A stretch of DNA of 58,078 nt, counting the filler, from Platydemus manokwari (lineage: Eukaryota), in assembly GCA_037951405.1 (NCBI GenBank). It is 5 parts of 5 records of this genome, joined end to end, with 100 filler letters (N's around TTAATTAATTAA, not from the genome) between each part and the next. Parts side by side here need not be neighbours in the genome. Positions count along the whole stretch, not along the records: positions 36,185 to 45,661 come from JBBMOY011243540.1; positions 45,762 to 58,078 come from JBBMOY010193339.1; 3 more parts are not named here. The stretch is one strand, 5' to 3'. Both the position numbers and the translations under genes were made by a program. Every line of letters starts with the position of its first letter. The stretch's first letter is position 1. Positions 41,322 through 54,049 of the stretch are shown here, one piece after another. Under the pieces are notes generated by a model. It did not search any database. It worked only from the letters and a program-made list of their open reading frames with translations, and was not told the DNA's origin.

Positions 41322-42083
41322 ATGATTCAAATTGGAGATAATATTTTCTTTTACATTCTTCTTTGTGGAATTTGTACTGGACCTATTTTTACAGGCAAGT
41401 TTTCTTTATTTTCTACGTTTTTCTTTTATTTATGATATGTAATTTGTTGATTTTATTTCTAAAATTATTCTTCAAGTACACTATTAGTAAAAATATTTTT
41501 CCATTCATGTTTAGGTTATATTTTGGGATTCTCTTCTCCTACTATTCGAGATCTAACAGGAATTTTGTCAGTTATGCAAATGTCTTCATTTGCTTCTATG
41601 CTTTATGTTGGTGGTGTGATTGGTAGCTTGTTTATTGGTTATATTATGGACAGATGGGGACGTAAGAAAAGTCTCGTATTCTCATCAATTCCTGCAATTT
41701 TCGGATGGTTATTGATTATTTGGTGTAGTACTCATGAAACCAATGTTATTAAATATATTCATTTATTATATTTTGCCCGAATTCTCGGTGGGATATCTTG
41801 TGGCATGAATATGGCTTGTACGACGGTTTATTTGGTTGAAATATCACCGACAGTTTGGCGTGGTACGATTGCATCGTTAAATCAAGTTGGTATAACGATT
41901 GGAATCTTTCTCTCATATTGGGTTGGTAAACACATCGTATATGGTCAATCAGCCACGATTGCATTGTTTGTGACGATTGTTTTATTGTTGACAGCGATTA
42001 TTACGCCAGAATCACCTCGATGGCTTATCAATCAAGATCGAATCAGCCAAGCTAAAATTTCCCTCAGAAGGTTGAGATCGAAG
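41322..42083 (+). CDS. MFS sugar porter (GLUT8/Tret1-like), N-terminal half. Exons 41322-41394 and 41515-42083 (or 42070 with a further exon from 42241); remainder not found
   Basis: GYILGFSSPT, GGVIGSLFIGYIMDRWGRKKSL (MFS motif A), ARILGG, VYLVEISPTVWRG, NQVGITIGI and PESPRWL sugar-porter signatures. Confidence 0.93.
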
Positions 42084-43699
42084 GTAAATTTTTTGTATTT
42101 TTTCAATGCTACTTGATTGGGATTTTCAATTTAAATTTCATTAATTTTTTTGCTAATTATATTGCTACATTTATATTGATATTTGCAAAATTAGTTTTTT
42201 ATTCATATCTATGATCTAGCGTTTCTGTAATAACAATCAGTTATCGTGTTGACCAATCAAATGCAGAATTGATTGAATTGGTACAAGTTTTTAAAATCGA
42301 TAATGTAATTCAATTAATTTGTTTTTAATGTCAATATTAGCACTGAATGATATGATATCGATTAAAAAAAATTCAAAATTAATTGTATTTTATGATCCTC
42401 ATCCACAGTGGAACTAATTTATGAGGCCAAACCATTTTTGCAGTTTAAATTATTCAGGTTATTCCATTAAACCGAAACGAAAGTTCAGCTGATTTACTGA
42501 AAGCATAAAATGGTTAATTTAAATGAATTTCAAAACGCTATCTTGAAATTAAATTACTCGTATTACTATTTTAGGGTCTATGTAGAAAATGAGGGTTGAA
42601 TACACACACACACACATTTTTTGTACTCATCAATGAATGCACCATTTCTACAATTCGCTTTAAAGTGAATTCAAACCTCCTGATATTTTACTCAGTACCA
42701 TTTTCCACTAGATCGTTGACACTTGTTGTAATTCAATTATTTTCTATATATATAATTACACCGCATTGTAAACCTAGTTACAATAACAATCACCCAACGA
42801 TTGAAACCGCACAATTAGAGCACTTTTGTGATGGAATTTTTATTGACAGCTCATTATACATTAAGAGATAATTATACTTCAACCGATGATAAATATAATG
42901 ATAAGAAACTTATTAAATATGTCTATGAAAAACAACTAAAAATATATTAACATAAATTAGTATTTATGAATATTGTTTGACGCATAAAGATTTCATAATC
43001 ATGATGCATAATCATTAATAGAATAATGTGTTTCAAAACGATTAATAAGCGATAATGAATGTATCAAATGAATCTTCAAGGCAAATATTGTGATATCAAA
43101 AACAATAGATTTTTCTCTCTCTCTATGAATCGATAAGCACAAAGGGAAAATGTTTAATAAATGTATATTTTGTGTTGATATTGACATTAAATCATATATT
43201 ATAATAGGTCAATGAAAATGTCTAAATTAATTTACACAAAATTTAAATCCAAATCATTCAGTAGCACAAGCCATACATGACCATGTTCATGGAAATGTGT
43301 ATAGATGATGTTAGCAGCTACTATTTTATAAAAGAAAACGAACTGAAAAGACGCGAAAATAAAAAATGTATTCAACTACAATTATATAAACAAAATAATA
43401 TAATTTTATACAAAATTAAATCTGTCAAATTTAATTCAATATTAATATTCTCAAACACGAAATGAATTAGAGATTGGGAGAATATCAAACGAATATTAAC
43501 AGTGTCGATTTTGATATTAAAGTTGAGCTTATTAAGAGACTATTTTTTATGATTTTACGTATTTCTAATGATTAGTCTTTTGCATTAATGAGTTAATACT
43601 TGTTCTTCTGTCACTCCTGAGACAATCATATAATTGTAAAAAAACTTCTAAATAAATCATTTATACTAAATAATATATATGAAAACTGTCTATGATCAA

Positions 43700-44625
43700 T
43701 TTTAAAATTAAAAACTATTGTTGGGAACTTAGGTTATTCAAATTGGCATTCGATTTATGATTTAACGTAATAATGAAAGAGTGAAAGATACGATTGTAAA
43801 GCGTTGATTATAAAAAATAGTATAAATTGTGAAGAGAAAGAATTTGGTAATGCTGGGATTTTTAGAATAACATTCAAAATCAAAAGCTGTACAGTGTCAA
43901 ATGATATATAATTTATTATTAACGAAAACATTAATCTAGAAATCGTTGTGGAGTTTCAAAGAATATTTGGTATAGACTTGAAATGCGAAAGTTTTATACC
44001 AAAATAAATAAAATTCACATTTGACGAAGATTCAAGAGTGTCTTACGTTGACCAAAGAAGATTATCATACTTTATTGAGACGTATTTATGGTAGATCATT
44101 AGGTTATATGTTATACAAAATTAGTAAAACGGAATTTTTATAAATGGTAAATCAATAAATGTCAAACCTTGAAAGTAGTTGGGAAATTTAGAATAAGAGA
44201 TAAAATAGGCAATAAAGGATTTAAGATAAAATAATCTAATCAAAAATTGCAGCTCATGGTGAAAGATTCCTTGCATTTTGAAGAAATAAATAAAGAAAAG
44301 ATATTAGATTATGCCTATATTATATTTTAGACAGTTTAATTATAGAACATAAAGACAAGCTTTTCTAATGCTAAATTCCAAGTGCCGCTAGAATACGAGT
44401 CTAAATAAAGAAAATTGTCTTGAAATTAAGGACAATATTTTTTCATAAAAGCCTATTTGATTGTGCGGTACCTTGGTGCCTTTTAAGAACTAATGATAAA
44501 ATGGTCGAAGATTGACGATATATTAATATTTTCGAAAACGGTAGAAGATCAATTTAAAAAACACTAGAGGCCCTATAAAGAATACAAAAAGTTATATTAC
44601 GTTTAAGTTCAGAAAAATTCTGGAT
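43700..44625 (+). mobile_element. Heavily decayed Ty3/Gypsy pol relic
   Basis: KIDDILIFSKTVEDQ..LRLSSEK at about 44507-44620 resembles RT YxDD plus the following helix. The upstream limit is approximate. Confidence 0.5.
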
Positions 44626-45661
44626 ATTAAAAAAAATAAATAAAATATCATCAATGAAAATAATATATATAAGACTTCTTGTAGTTTTAACAAGTTGGGT
44701 TCTTACTTCACGTTCTTAATTTTCACGTTTCATTTTTGGCAATCTTTGCGTCGACTAACAACCATATATACTTGGTTATTATTGTCAAATTTAGCAATTC
44801 ATCGAAAATTTAAAACGGCATTTGTTGTAACGAAATAAATTGTGTTAACTTTAAAAATAAATTGTTTTGACTATCAATTATATGGTTTTGTATAAATTTT
44901 AACCACCCCACGACGTCAAATGACTAAAGAGTGCATCTTGATGTTAATGAAGTTGTTGTGAAGTGTCCTGACTGTTTTATATTTTTGACGTCTGATTAAT
45001 CAATTACTAGTCAATTCCTTCTTTAATTGAGGGTTTTGAATCAATTGTAAGTGTTGAAGAAAAAGAACACGAATGAATTTGAAAATAGAATTTGCGACGC
45101 CCTCCTTGGCATTAGTGAAAGACTGTCAAGAAAAATCAGTTGTCAAGAGATTGCCAAATCAATTCGTCTTTGCTTTAAGGAAATTATTGATTTTTTAAAT
45201 TTTGTAATAAAGCACAATTTTTATTGAAAATTTTTAAATCCTATTCAATGGAAGAGATAAATAATTCTCTTGCAATTTTCATCTTCAATTTGATAGGATT
45301 GTTCTAGTTGATATGGGACATTAGATTTATGCGTCATTATTATTGTCCTTTCTATTGTTTCAATACTAACTGTTAAGATACCACAGTTGCAAAAGCAGAA
45401 CATTGTTTTAATAAACTCTGTTTTAACATCATGAATGGTATTATTATAAATTGTTAGACAATAAATAATAATAGTTCTTTAAAAATACGTCATTGATTTA
45501 AGTTCAGTTATTTAAATGCACAATTAATCATCTGGACGTATTTTGTCGTCATCATGGTAGATTAGTTTTTTAAAATTTTATTTTTTATTAGGTGTATTAG
45601 TATGATTCCGGCTTTTTTTTTAAAAAACAAAAACATTTTTTAAAATATTTATTTAATGAAA

Positions 45662-45761
45662 NNNNNNNNNNNNNNNNNNNNNNNNNNNNNNNNNNNNNNN
45701 NNNNNTTAATTAATTAANNNNNNNNNNNNNNNNNNNNNNNNNNNNNNNNNNNNNNNNNNNN
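45662..45761. other. Artificial scaffold linker
   Basis: N44-TTAATTAATTAA-N44. Confidence 0.97.
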
Positions 45762-46369
45762 TCAAATTTCCATTAATATAAAAATTATTTTTTAACACAT
45801 TGTAATTTTAAATTTTATAAATTATTTTTTAAAAAATTACTGAGAGGTTTCAGTAATGGTTTGAGCAAGATAAATACAAATAGTAACTATTTTTAATATT
45901 ATTAATTAAAAAAAAATTTTAATTATTAATCGTAATTTAAATTCTAAACCTCACAATTCTAATTGAGGGTTCAGTAAAAATCAGCCGTTATTTCATGTAC
46001 TAAATCAATTATAATATCACCTTTTATAAAAGTTATATTGGAAACATTTGTCACCATGTGAAATGTATAGACACAAAGAATAATTCTCGATTGGTTTTAA
46101 ATTTGTAAAGCTAGTATTAATATCCAATTCCATTTTGATATCTTCGTTCCAATTAAGAGAAACCATAAAGAGCATATTACTTTTTAAATATTTAGCTTCA
46201 GTAATAAATATTTTTATGAGTTTTTGTTAAATTTCAATAATGTTTATATTATGAATTCACAAAGAAATGCTAATATCTTAATTAATTCAGACGTAAAGAT
46301 GATTAAATGCTTTCTCATATTTGTTTAATATAATTATTTTCGTTCATATATTTTATTATTCAGGATAAA

Positions 46370-47354
46370 TTTTAAATAAACTTATGAAAATTAAATCTTC
46401 ATCTTTATCAAAAGCACTATATTCATATGTTATCTTCCAATGTTTATTCAAAATAAGAATAAATTCTTCTTTTTCAATAATGTTCGATATCCAAAACTTC
46501 TTATATATTTGTGGCATCTATTTTTTTATTTGGATTTCATTACAGGATCGACAGGTTTTGAATCTACTAAATAGATATTGATATACTTGTTTCAATCACA
46601 AGTACCTAGTGCCTTGCACTCCTCAATGATTAACAAGTCACTTTTATGAAGCAACTCTAAAAATCTCCGATATCGTTCCATTTGCTTCTAATGTTAAAAA
46701 GGGGTCCTCGCTAATTTTCAATTATGTTCGTTTTGAACTACTTTGACCCATTTTTCTTAAATAAAAAATTCAAAATTTTTTAAAGAACTTAATTAAATAA
46801 ACTATATAGATTTTTGCAATACGCTCCACAAAATAAAAAATTATTTTAAGACCCTTTTTTAACTTTAGCTTAAATCTTTATCCCTTTAATTTAATTTAGG
46901 CATCCAATTAATCCAATTATATGATAAATAAATTGGATTTCATTTATTATGTCTTCCTCGTCTATAATAAGCATTCTTGATTTCTGGATTTTTCCCTGAG
47001 AGGCACAATCATCAAAATATTATTAAATTCTTTTTAAATTTGTTTTAATCTGAAGGATTCATGCACAAATTTCTCCAATGGTTAATTTCTTATCAAATTT
47101 ATCTTGTTATTTAAATATTTTAATTATACTTTTTATGATATATTTCAAAATCTGCGATGTAAAAGTTTTTGTTCTTGTAGATAGACGAGCTTTTAAAATA
47201 TTATTAATTCCAGAATTCATGTTGTTAAAAACATTTGGAAAAGTAATTCTGTTTTAGCACAACCAGAACTTCGGAAAATTATGATTCTAAAAGAAGAAGG
47301 AATAAGTTTATGATTATTAAATTTTACTTTATCTTGATTCCAGTCAAACGTCAT
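46370..47354 (-). pseudogene. Maverick/Polinton packaging ATPase (A32-like) pseudogene, interrupted by a MITE
   Basis: MTFDWNQDKVKFNNHKLIPSSFRIIIFRSSGCAKTELLFQM contains a decayed Walker A (GxSGCGKT). The C-terminal EKEEFILILNKHWK..YE resembles the EF..AW..Y tail. Not in the ORF track. Confidence 0.7.
46685..46870. mobile_element. Second, shorter copy of the 8151-8757 MITE family
   Basis: CTTCTAATGTTAAAAAGGGGTCCTCGCTAATTTTCAAT ... TTTTGCAATAC.CTC.ACAAA ... GACCCTTTTTAACTTTAGC matches 8488-8757. Confidence 0.65.
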
Positions 47355-47474
47355 TTTAGGTAGAAAATTGAATAACATTTTTGTGAATTTTGAAATTTCT
47401 TTATTACAAAATTCCCAGAAATGTTATTCAATTTTCTATCTAAAATGGCGTTTGTCTGGCATCAAGATAAAGTA
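47325..47474. repeat. 150-nt inverted repeat: 68-nt arms (47325-47392 and 47407-47474), 6 mismatches, 14-nt spacer
   Basis: Base-by-base comparison of the left arm with the reverse complement of the right arm gives 62/68 identity. Confidence 0.95.
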
Positions 47475-47900
47475 TAGGTACGAGTAAGAATGGTATGAAT
47501 AAAAGTACAAAAGAAACGAACTTAAGAGGTTTTCATTTCGAAGACGTGCAACAATCAATTGCAAATAATAGGTTTTTAAATAAATTTATTGCTGGATATC
47601 CTACTGGATAATTTTATTTGAAGAGTTTTAATTCTTTAAATAAAGAATATCTTGGACACAATTTTACAGGGCCTGTAATGAATCTTCAAAGGCATTTAGA
47701 AAAATTATTATGAGATTGTAAATAATTGTAACAAAACAGGAGAATTAAATATTTCTCCAAATCCAAAAGTAGAATGTTGTATTACGATATTGATTTTTTC
47801 TGAAAAATTTATAAGATATGCATATTACTGATTTGAAATCGATAAATCGTATGAATAATATTCCCTATACAATATTTAGAGAAAAATTTGAAAGATTTAT
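47445..47900 (+). pseudogene. Maverick/Polinton PLA2X (parvovirus VP1u-like phospholipase A2) pseudogene
   Basis: PTG*FYLKSF..GHNFTGPVMNLQRHL (consensus ELHL..HNFTGPGTxL..RL), then frameshifted YYDIDF (HDIxY-like) and MHITDL (HxAD-like). Confidence 0.65.
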
Positions 47901-47999
47901 TATTAAATGTATTATAAAAGGAAAAATTATTTTTTAGGTCAGTCTACCAAAAGTATATGTTTATAAAGCAAAAAATTTAGCAAATGATACATTTTTGAA

Positions 48000-48830
48000 A
48001 TGGTAGACATAGAAAACGAAATGAATAATATAAAATTTCTCGACGATAATTTATTAATCAAGGAATTACATCATGAATATACGAAAAATAAAGAAATCGC
48101 AAAAGCAAAAATATTTGGAAATGATAACGCTCATAACTCAGATTTGTTTGCAGTGCTTAAAAAGTTTAAAGAAGGTTTTACATTGATGTTTGTTGTTGTT
48201 GATTTATACATAAGATATAGTTCGTGTATTCCTTTAAAATATAAAAAAGAAACTTTATTTGAAGTATTTGTAATTTATTTTGAACGGGAGCAAAGAATTT
48301 CGAAATATATTTGGTTTGATAAAGAATCCGGTATTATAATTAAACTTTTTAAAAGTTCCTGTGATTATAATGATATTATTTTATATTTTACTTAAAATAA
48401 GGGTAATGCTGTCTTTCTGAATGATTTATTAAAAAATATTTTGTAGAAAGGAAGCAATTTTACATCTGTTGGAAATCATAGATAGGACAATAAATTATTA
48501 CAAAGTATGGTTTATAAATATAATAATAAAATCCATTCCGGTATTGATATTCGTCCTGTTAAAAATAGTAAAAACACTAAAATTACTAAGGTGATAAAAA
48601 ATATATTTATAAAAATTTTTCTTTACATTAAAAACCAAAATTTCAAGTTTCGGTTAAATTAAGAATTTATAAATATAAAAATAAATTCGAAGAAGATTTG
48701 AACAAAATATTCAAATCCATCACCAGAAAAAATTTTTAAATCTCATTACGTAAAAACTTTAAATATATTACTACAAGTGAAAGGAAACGCAGGTAGAGGA
48801 AATATAGACGGCATTATGTTTATGAAAAAG
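48000..48830 (+). pseudogene. Maverick/Polinton retroviral-like integrase pseudogene
   Basis: LIKELHH, HNSDL, FVVVDLYIRYSSCIPLKYK, KYIWFDKESG, and later YNNKIHSGIDIRP (consensus YNNxxHSxIxMxP) after stops and frameshifts. Confidence 0.8.
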
Positions 48831-49099
48831 GTTTATAATTTATGAATAACAGAGGTAGTAAAAAAAAATTGTGTTCATCGCCAGTAAATCGAATTAATTT
48901 GTAAAATATTCATTGGCCAACACAACTAATTATCAAATTATATGTCAATTCAAATAAATTATTTATTTTCCTCTGGTTACGCCATAGTTTCTAGATTACT
49001 GCCACATTAGTTTTATTCATTTTTTATCATTTCACTCACACTCATTTTTCTTCATTTGCTCTTATGGTATGACTGTCGCAGAATCCCATAATTAACATT

Positions 49100-50200
49100 A
49101 GCTAAATCTCGTGGTTAATTAATTGGTTAACACTTAAGACTAGACATTTAAATTTCATTTGTAAATCTTGGCCCATCAATATTTTTTCTTCTAGCTGTTC
49201 CAGGCACTTATGTGATAACCTAATACCCGTCCTCACAATTTTTTGTGTATTTTTCTCAAATTCTGAGATATTTTTCTTTAAAGTCATCAACTCTTTGTTT
49301 TAGTATTATTTTAACATTTATTAAAATCTTCCCATCATATTTTCCTATCAATAGAGTTATAGAGATACTGTCACTGTCATTAGAGATATGGAGTCATTTG
49401 AGTTAATGGCTATGAATTTTGCAAGGAATGAAACTAGCCTCTCCTTGATTTCATTCAGACTCAATATTATCAAAAATGATTTCTTTTGTTTCAGATCTTC
49501 TGCTGTTCGATTATACTCCATATATGAAATGCCATGGGGTAGCTTCAATTCCCTTGGATTGTATTCTTCAACCGGTTTTCCCCAGAACTCATTTGCTATT
49601 CACACAGGTAAGCTTTACTGATTTGATTCGAGTATTCCCGTCTTCTATTTGTATGTATGACGAGATTCCTCGTTTTACTTCGAATACTCTTCTATCACAT
49701 CTGATAAATTCTGCGCCTTTCAAAATTATATGAATATCCATTCTTACTGTTTAAAATTCTGGCGTAACTGTACTAGTTTGATTGGGTTCCTTCTAGTTAT
49801 CTCTGCTGGATATATAGTCCTAGAATTTCTATATTTTTGTGATGCTGACCATTGAAAATGACTCTTTTCTCGAAGTCCGTTGTTGAAGAGAATCATAGTA
49901 TTTGATTGATCGTATAATCCGTTTTTAAATGCTGTTTAATTGTAGACGTTTCTTTCAAAAATTGATAGTAAAATGTGGATATGTTAATTTTTTCTAAATC
50001 TTTTATACTTGGTGTGTTTGTATGTGGAATGTGTGATTGTATGTTAAGAGTGTGTATGCAATTAACTTGTATAGTCAATTGCCAATCTCCACCTCATAAT
50101 TTCAACTTAAAATAAAATCTCATAAAGTACATATCATGGTACAAAATCAACAATCAATGTTTGTCTCAAGAATAATAATTGTCTGCAATTAAAATAAAAT
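49100..50200 (-). pseudogene. Decayed extra ORF downstream of Gypsy pol, in the env-like position
   Basis: Several overlapping 40-80 codon open segments lie on the same strand as pol and can be joined by single frameshifts. No family motif was recognised. Confidence 0.35.
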
Positions 50201-50829
50201 AATTTTAACAATACTGTTGTAAAATAAATGGTCAATAATATGTCAAATGAGGTGTGTGCACTGAACTTTCAATAATATTTCACTTATACAGAAATTTTTT
50301 GATCTCTGACTGGTGCGGTATACTGTCTACGAACTTGGTCAAACCAAGACCGGATGGTTAAAGGGGTTATCAAAAGCATAGTCATTGCAACAATTAAGAA
50401 TATAATGATAGAAGATAAGATTCAAGAATCAAGGTTAAAGCTTGATTAAATGTCCTGGATTAGAATGTTATTTAATTTCAGAGATATGTCGAATTGTGAA
50501 CGAAGTAAGGACTGTGATTGATTACTGATTCTATCTAAATTATTATCAAAAGTGCCAAGATTAGTTAAATTAAAATACTCCCTGCTTGATTCTGATTGAG
50601 ATTGCAATTTGAATGTCTGCATATTCCACTAAACAGGGCTACCATTTCGATTGTAATTGCCTCCAATATTCGATTCTCAGTTTATATTCCCCTCCTGTAA
50701 TTAGATTTTCAAACTTTTCGATGTGATTGATTTGAATCCAGTGAAATATATTTATATTCTCCCATTTCTTGTAACGCCACTATTAATCGATTCTTTCCGT
50801 ACATGTCATCGTCTGCTATTCTTATCTCA

Positions 50830-52330
50830 AAATACGTTATGCTTATCAATTGTTGTGTTAGCTAATAATTGTTCAAGATTAATTGATTTGCTATATCTGA
50901 AATTTAGGGGATTATGATCTGTATATAATATAATTTTGTGTTTTAATAGATATTGTCTAAAATGTGTCACTTCAAAATGAATGCTTCTTCTTTTACAATC
51001 AAATAATTTGTTCATGTTTTTTTAAAGCCCTATTTGCATATGCAATAACGTAATCTTTGTCACCACCATCTTGCTGTTCCAGCACAAAACCAATAGCAAT
51101 TCACTTCTGCCATTACAATAAAATGATGTCGCAAAATGAGATTGGTGGTTAATTTTTGTTTTTATAAATCAAAAGATTCTTGTTCTCTTATGTCATTGGA
51201 ATGGTGCTTTTTTCTGTGGTAATGTGTTAATAGGATGAGTAATATGGGAGAGATTTTGTATAAATATTCTGTAATAATTAGCAGATTCAAGAAAAGATCT
51301 AACTTCCTCAATATTTGTTATAATCGGAAATTTGAGTATTTTGTCTACTCTTGCTGGATTTGATTTGAAACCCTCTCTGGAAATAGCATGACTAATGTAT
51401 TTGACTTCTAACTTGGCTCATTCGCATTTAGAAGCTTTAATTTTCAAGTTTGATCATTTTAATCTTTTACTTTTTTATATCAATTAAATGTTCTTCAAAA
51501 TCTTTAGAAAAAATAATAGTATCATCAATATATACTATTGCCTGTGGACATCCATGAGTATGAAATCCATAGCTCTATGAACGATTGCATGAGATATCGT
51601 TAAACCAAATGACAATGCATTGAATTGATGATACATTTACTTTTATCCTCCTTCTTAATTATAAATTGCCATTATTCTTCATTTAAGTCAATAATTTAAA
51701 ATATCTGAGAATTTCCCACTTTATAATAAATAGCTTGTGGAAGGGATCATGGATATGTATCTTTTCTAGTGACAGCGTTTAATTTTCGATAGTCTACGCA
51801 CCACCTGGTGCTATAATCTTTCTTTTTTAACAATACAGCTATGAATTTCAATGTGAAAAAGCTGGGTCTTATAATATTATTCTCAAACATTTGTTGTTTC
51901 GGTTTTCTATTCTCTACCAAGTGCGCGTACGGTCTCATTGTTATGGGTATTTTCTTGGCTTTTAACAGTGATATTTTATGTTCAACTACAAAAGTGCTTC
52001 CCACGTCAAATTCGTGTCTAACTGTTTTTCAGCACATCGCTTAATTAGTAATTTTAATTTTAATTTTTGATTTTCATTTATAACTTCACTGTCAATTTTT
52101 ATATCATCATAATTTTTTGTTGGCATTCTCTTAATAGTCGGGTTGACATAATACATGGTCGATAATACCTCGACACGTGTATTTGGATTAAGTGTTACCA
52201 TTCTATTTTCAAAGTTAGCTAACCTAACTGGAATCTTTTGATTCTCTACCAATACTAATTCATAACAAACTGATATTTCTTATTTTTGTATGGATTGTTG
52301 GTTTGGGTCAAACAATAAACATTCTTTTTC
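50830..52330 (-). mobile_element. Ty3/Gypsy LTR retrotransposon pol relic (RT and RNase H); the element probably extends about 49000-53550
   Basis: EHKISL..RPY, IIRPS, RWCVDYRKLNAVTRKDTYP, YIDDTIIFSKDFEEHL, AIGFVLEQQ..VIAYANRALK and HFRQYLLKHKIILYTDHNPL. Many frameshifts; the integrase core is not recognisable. Confidence 0.9.
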
Positions 52331-54049
52331 AGTTTCGGATGTGCTTGTCACCTCTGAAAGTAGGGTCAACATACTATATAAATAAACTTCATTAGATTTA
52401 TGTATTAATTTTGTACTCTTTTTAATTCTGTTGTTTCCCTGAAAATGGGTTTCATTTCCTTCAGTTCGCTTATAGGGTAAAATTGTAATGATAGTTTAAA
52501 AGTTGGTGGTATGAATGGTTCATTCAAACGTGAGTGATTTTCTTTTTCTTTACGTTTAATTCTTAAAAATGTTCCTGAGTCTTCTCAATTGCGTATAGAC
52601 ATATCTGAACTGGTTATTATATTCCTCTCGGTGCCTGCATTGTTAAATGAATTAGCATTCGTAACTGAGGAAATACCAAATCTTATTTTTCTTTTATTTC
52701 TTATTTCAGATTTAATATTCATCTCTTCTGCAGATTAATTATAAAGAATTTTGCTAAAACGCAACGCATCTTAAAATTAGTTTCCATGAACCACCTACAA
52801 TATTATATAATCGATAAGTAGACAATACCTGTGCTATTAAAACTTTTATAAAGGTAAACAAGACATACAGTCCTATCAATCCGATTCAGACTTGCCAAAA
52901 GAATTATTATCATAAAAATTATTACTTTACTCCAGAGGTTTGTGGATAAAATTGCAACTTTTAATGTATAGGAGGAGGCAAAAAAATTTCGTCTTTCTAC
53001 GTCGATGAAATCTTATCAAAATCTAAAAAATATAATTTAAAACATTTATTTGTGAAATTTGCATGAGCAATGATAAAGCTATTCATGGGATTTGTGTCTG
53101 GTGAGTAGACCAGTTGAATGTGAATAAAGTGAAAGATGTAGTTATTTTCCACCTATATTTTTGTTCAAATAACTTTTCTGCTAGAGTCTACAAGTGGTAT
53201 ACAAAATACCCAACGGTTTAACTGTTCTCCTGGGATCTGGAGAAAATCTTTTGCCGAATAATGTGAATAAAATGAAAGATTTGGCTATTCTCCACCTATA
53301 CTTTTAATCACTAATAATTTTTCCGTGTAACTGTTTTTAGAAAATTCTTTGGGGAATCGGTGGATGAAAATCGGAAAATTGTGTTAGACTTTATTCAGCT
53401 TTATTGACAACTTATTTTTGGGAGTTTTCGCAATTGGTCCCAACTATTCATGGATTTTTTGTCGTTTATTCTGCTTTTCCTGGTAACTTTCTACAACATT
53501 TTTTAGTTGCCATGGTATGTCTTTGGTCCTCCTAGTTTTCTTACGAGATTTTGTACATATTTCCGTAATGAGATTAATCGATAAAAGTTATAACGCGATT
53601 GAAAAATTAATAATTTTAATTTATCAATAATTCCCAACAATTTTACATTTGGGAAAAACCCATGCTCATTCATGAAATTCAATTATAAAGAGTTGTGATT
53701 GTGCAATAAATTAAATTCATTAATTTTGTCTGCTTTAATCACTGTAGTTCTAGTAAATGTTTCTATAATCGTTTTAGTAGTGATAATCATAATATTAATA
53801 GCTCTAATATGGTTATTAATATTATATTTGATTCCATGAGAATCTTTCCAGAGCAACTCTATCCGTGTGGTTATTTTATTGATACCATGGAGACCTTGAA
53901 CCTATTATTATACGACCTATGCGGTTCATGTATATATGATCGTATTAATCATAAGTTGTCTTATCTATGTGCCCATGGTCATAATCACTTAACTAGTATT
54001 ATATAATTAAATATTATCTATAATTATAATTAATCGTGTATTAATAAGA

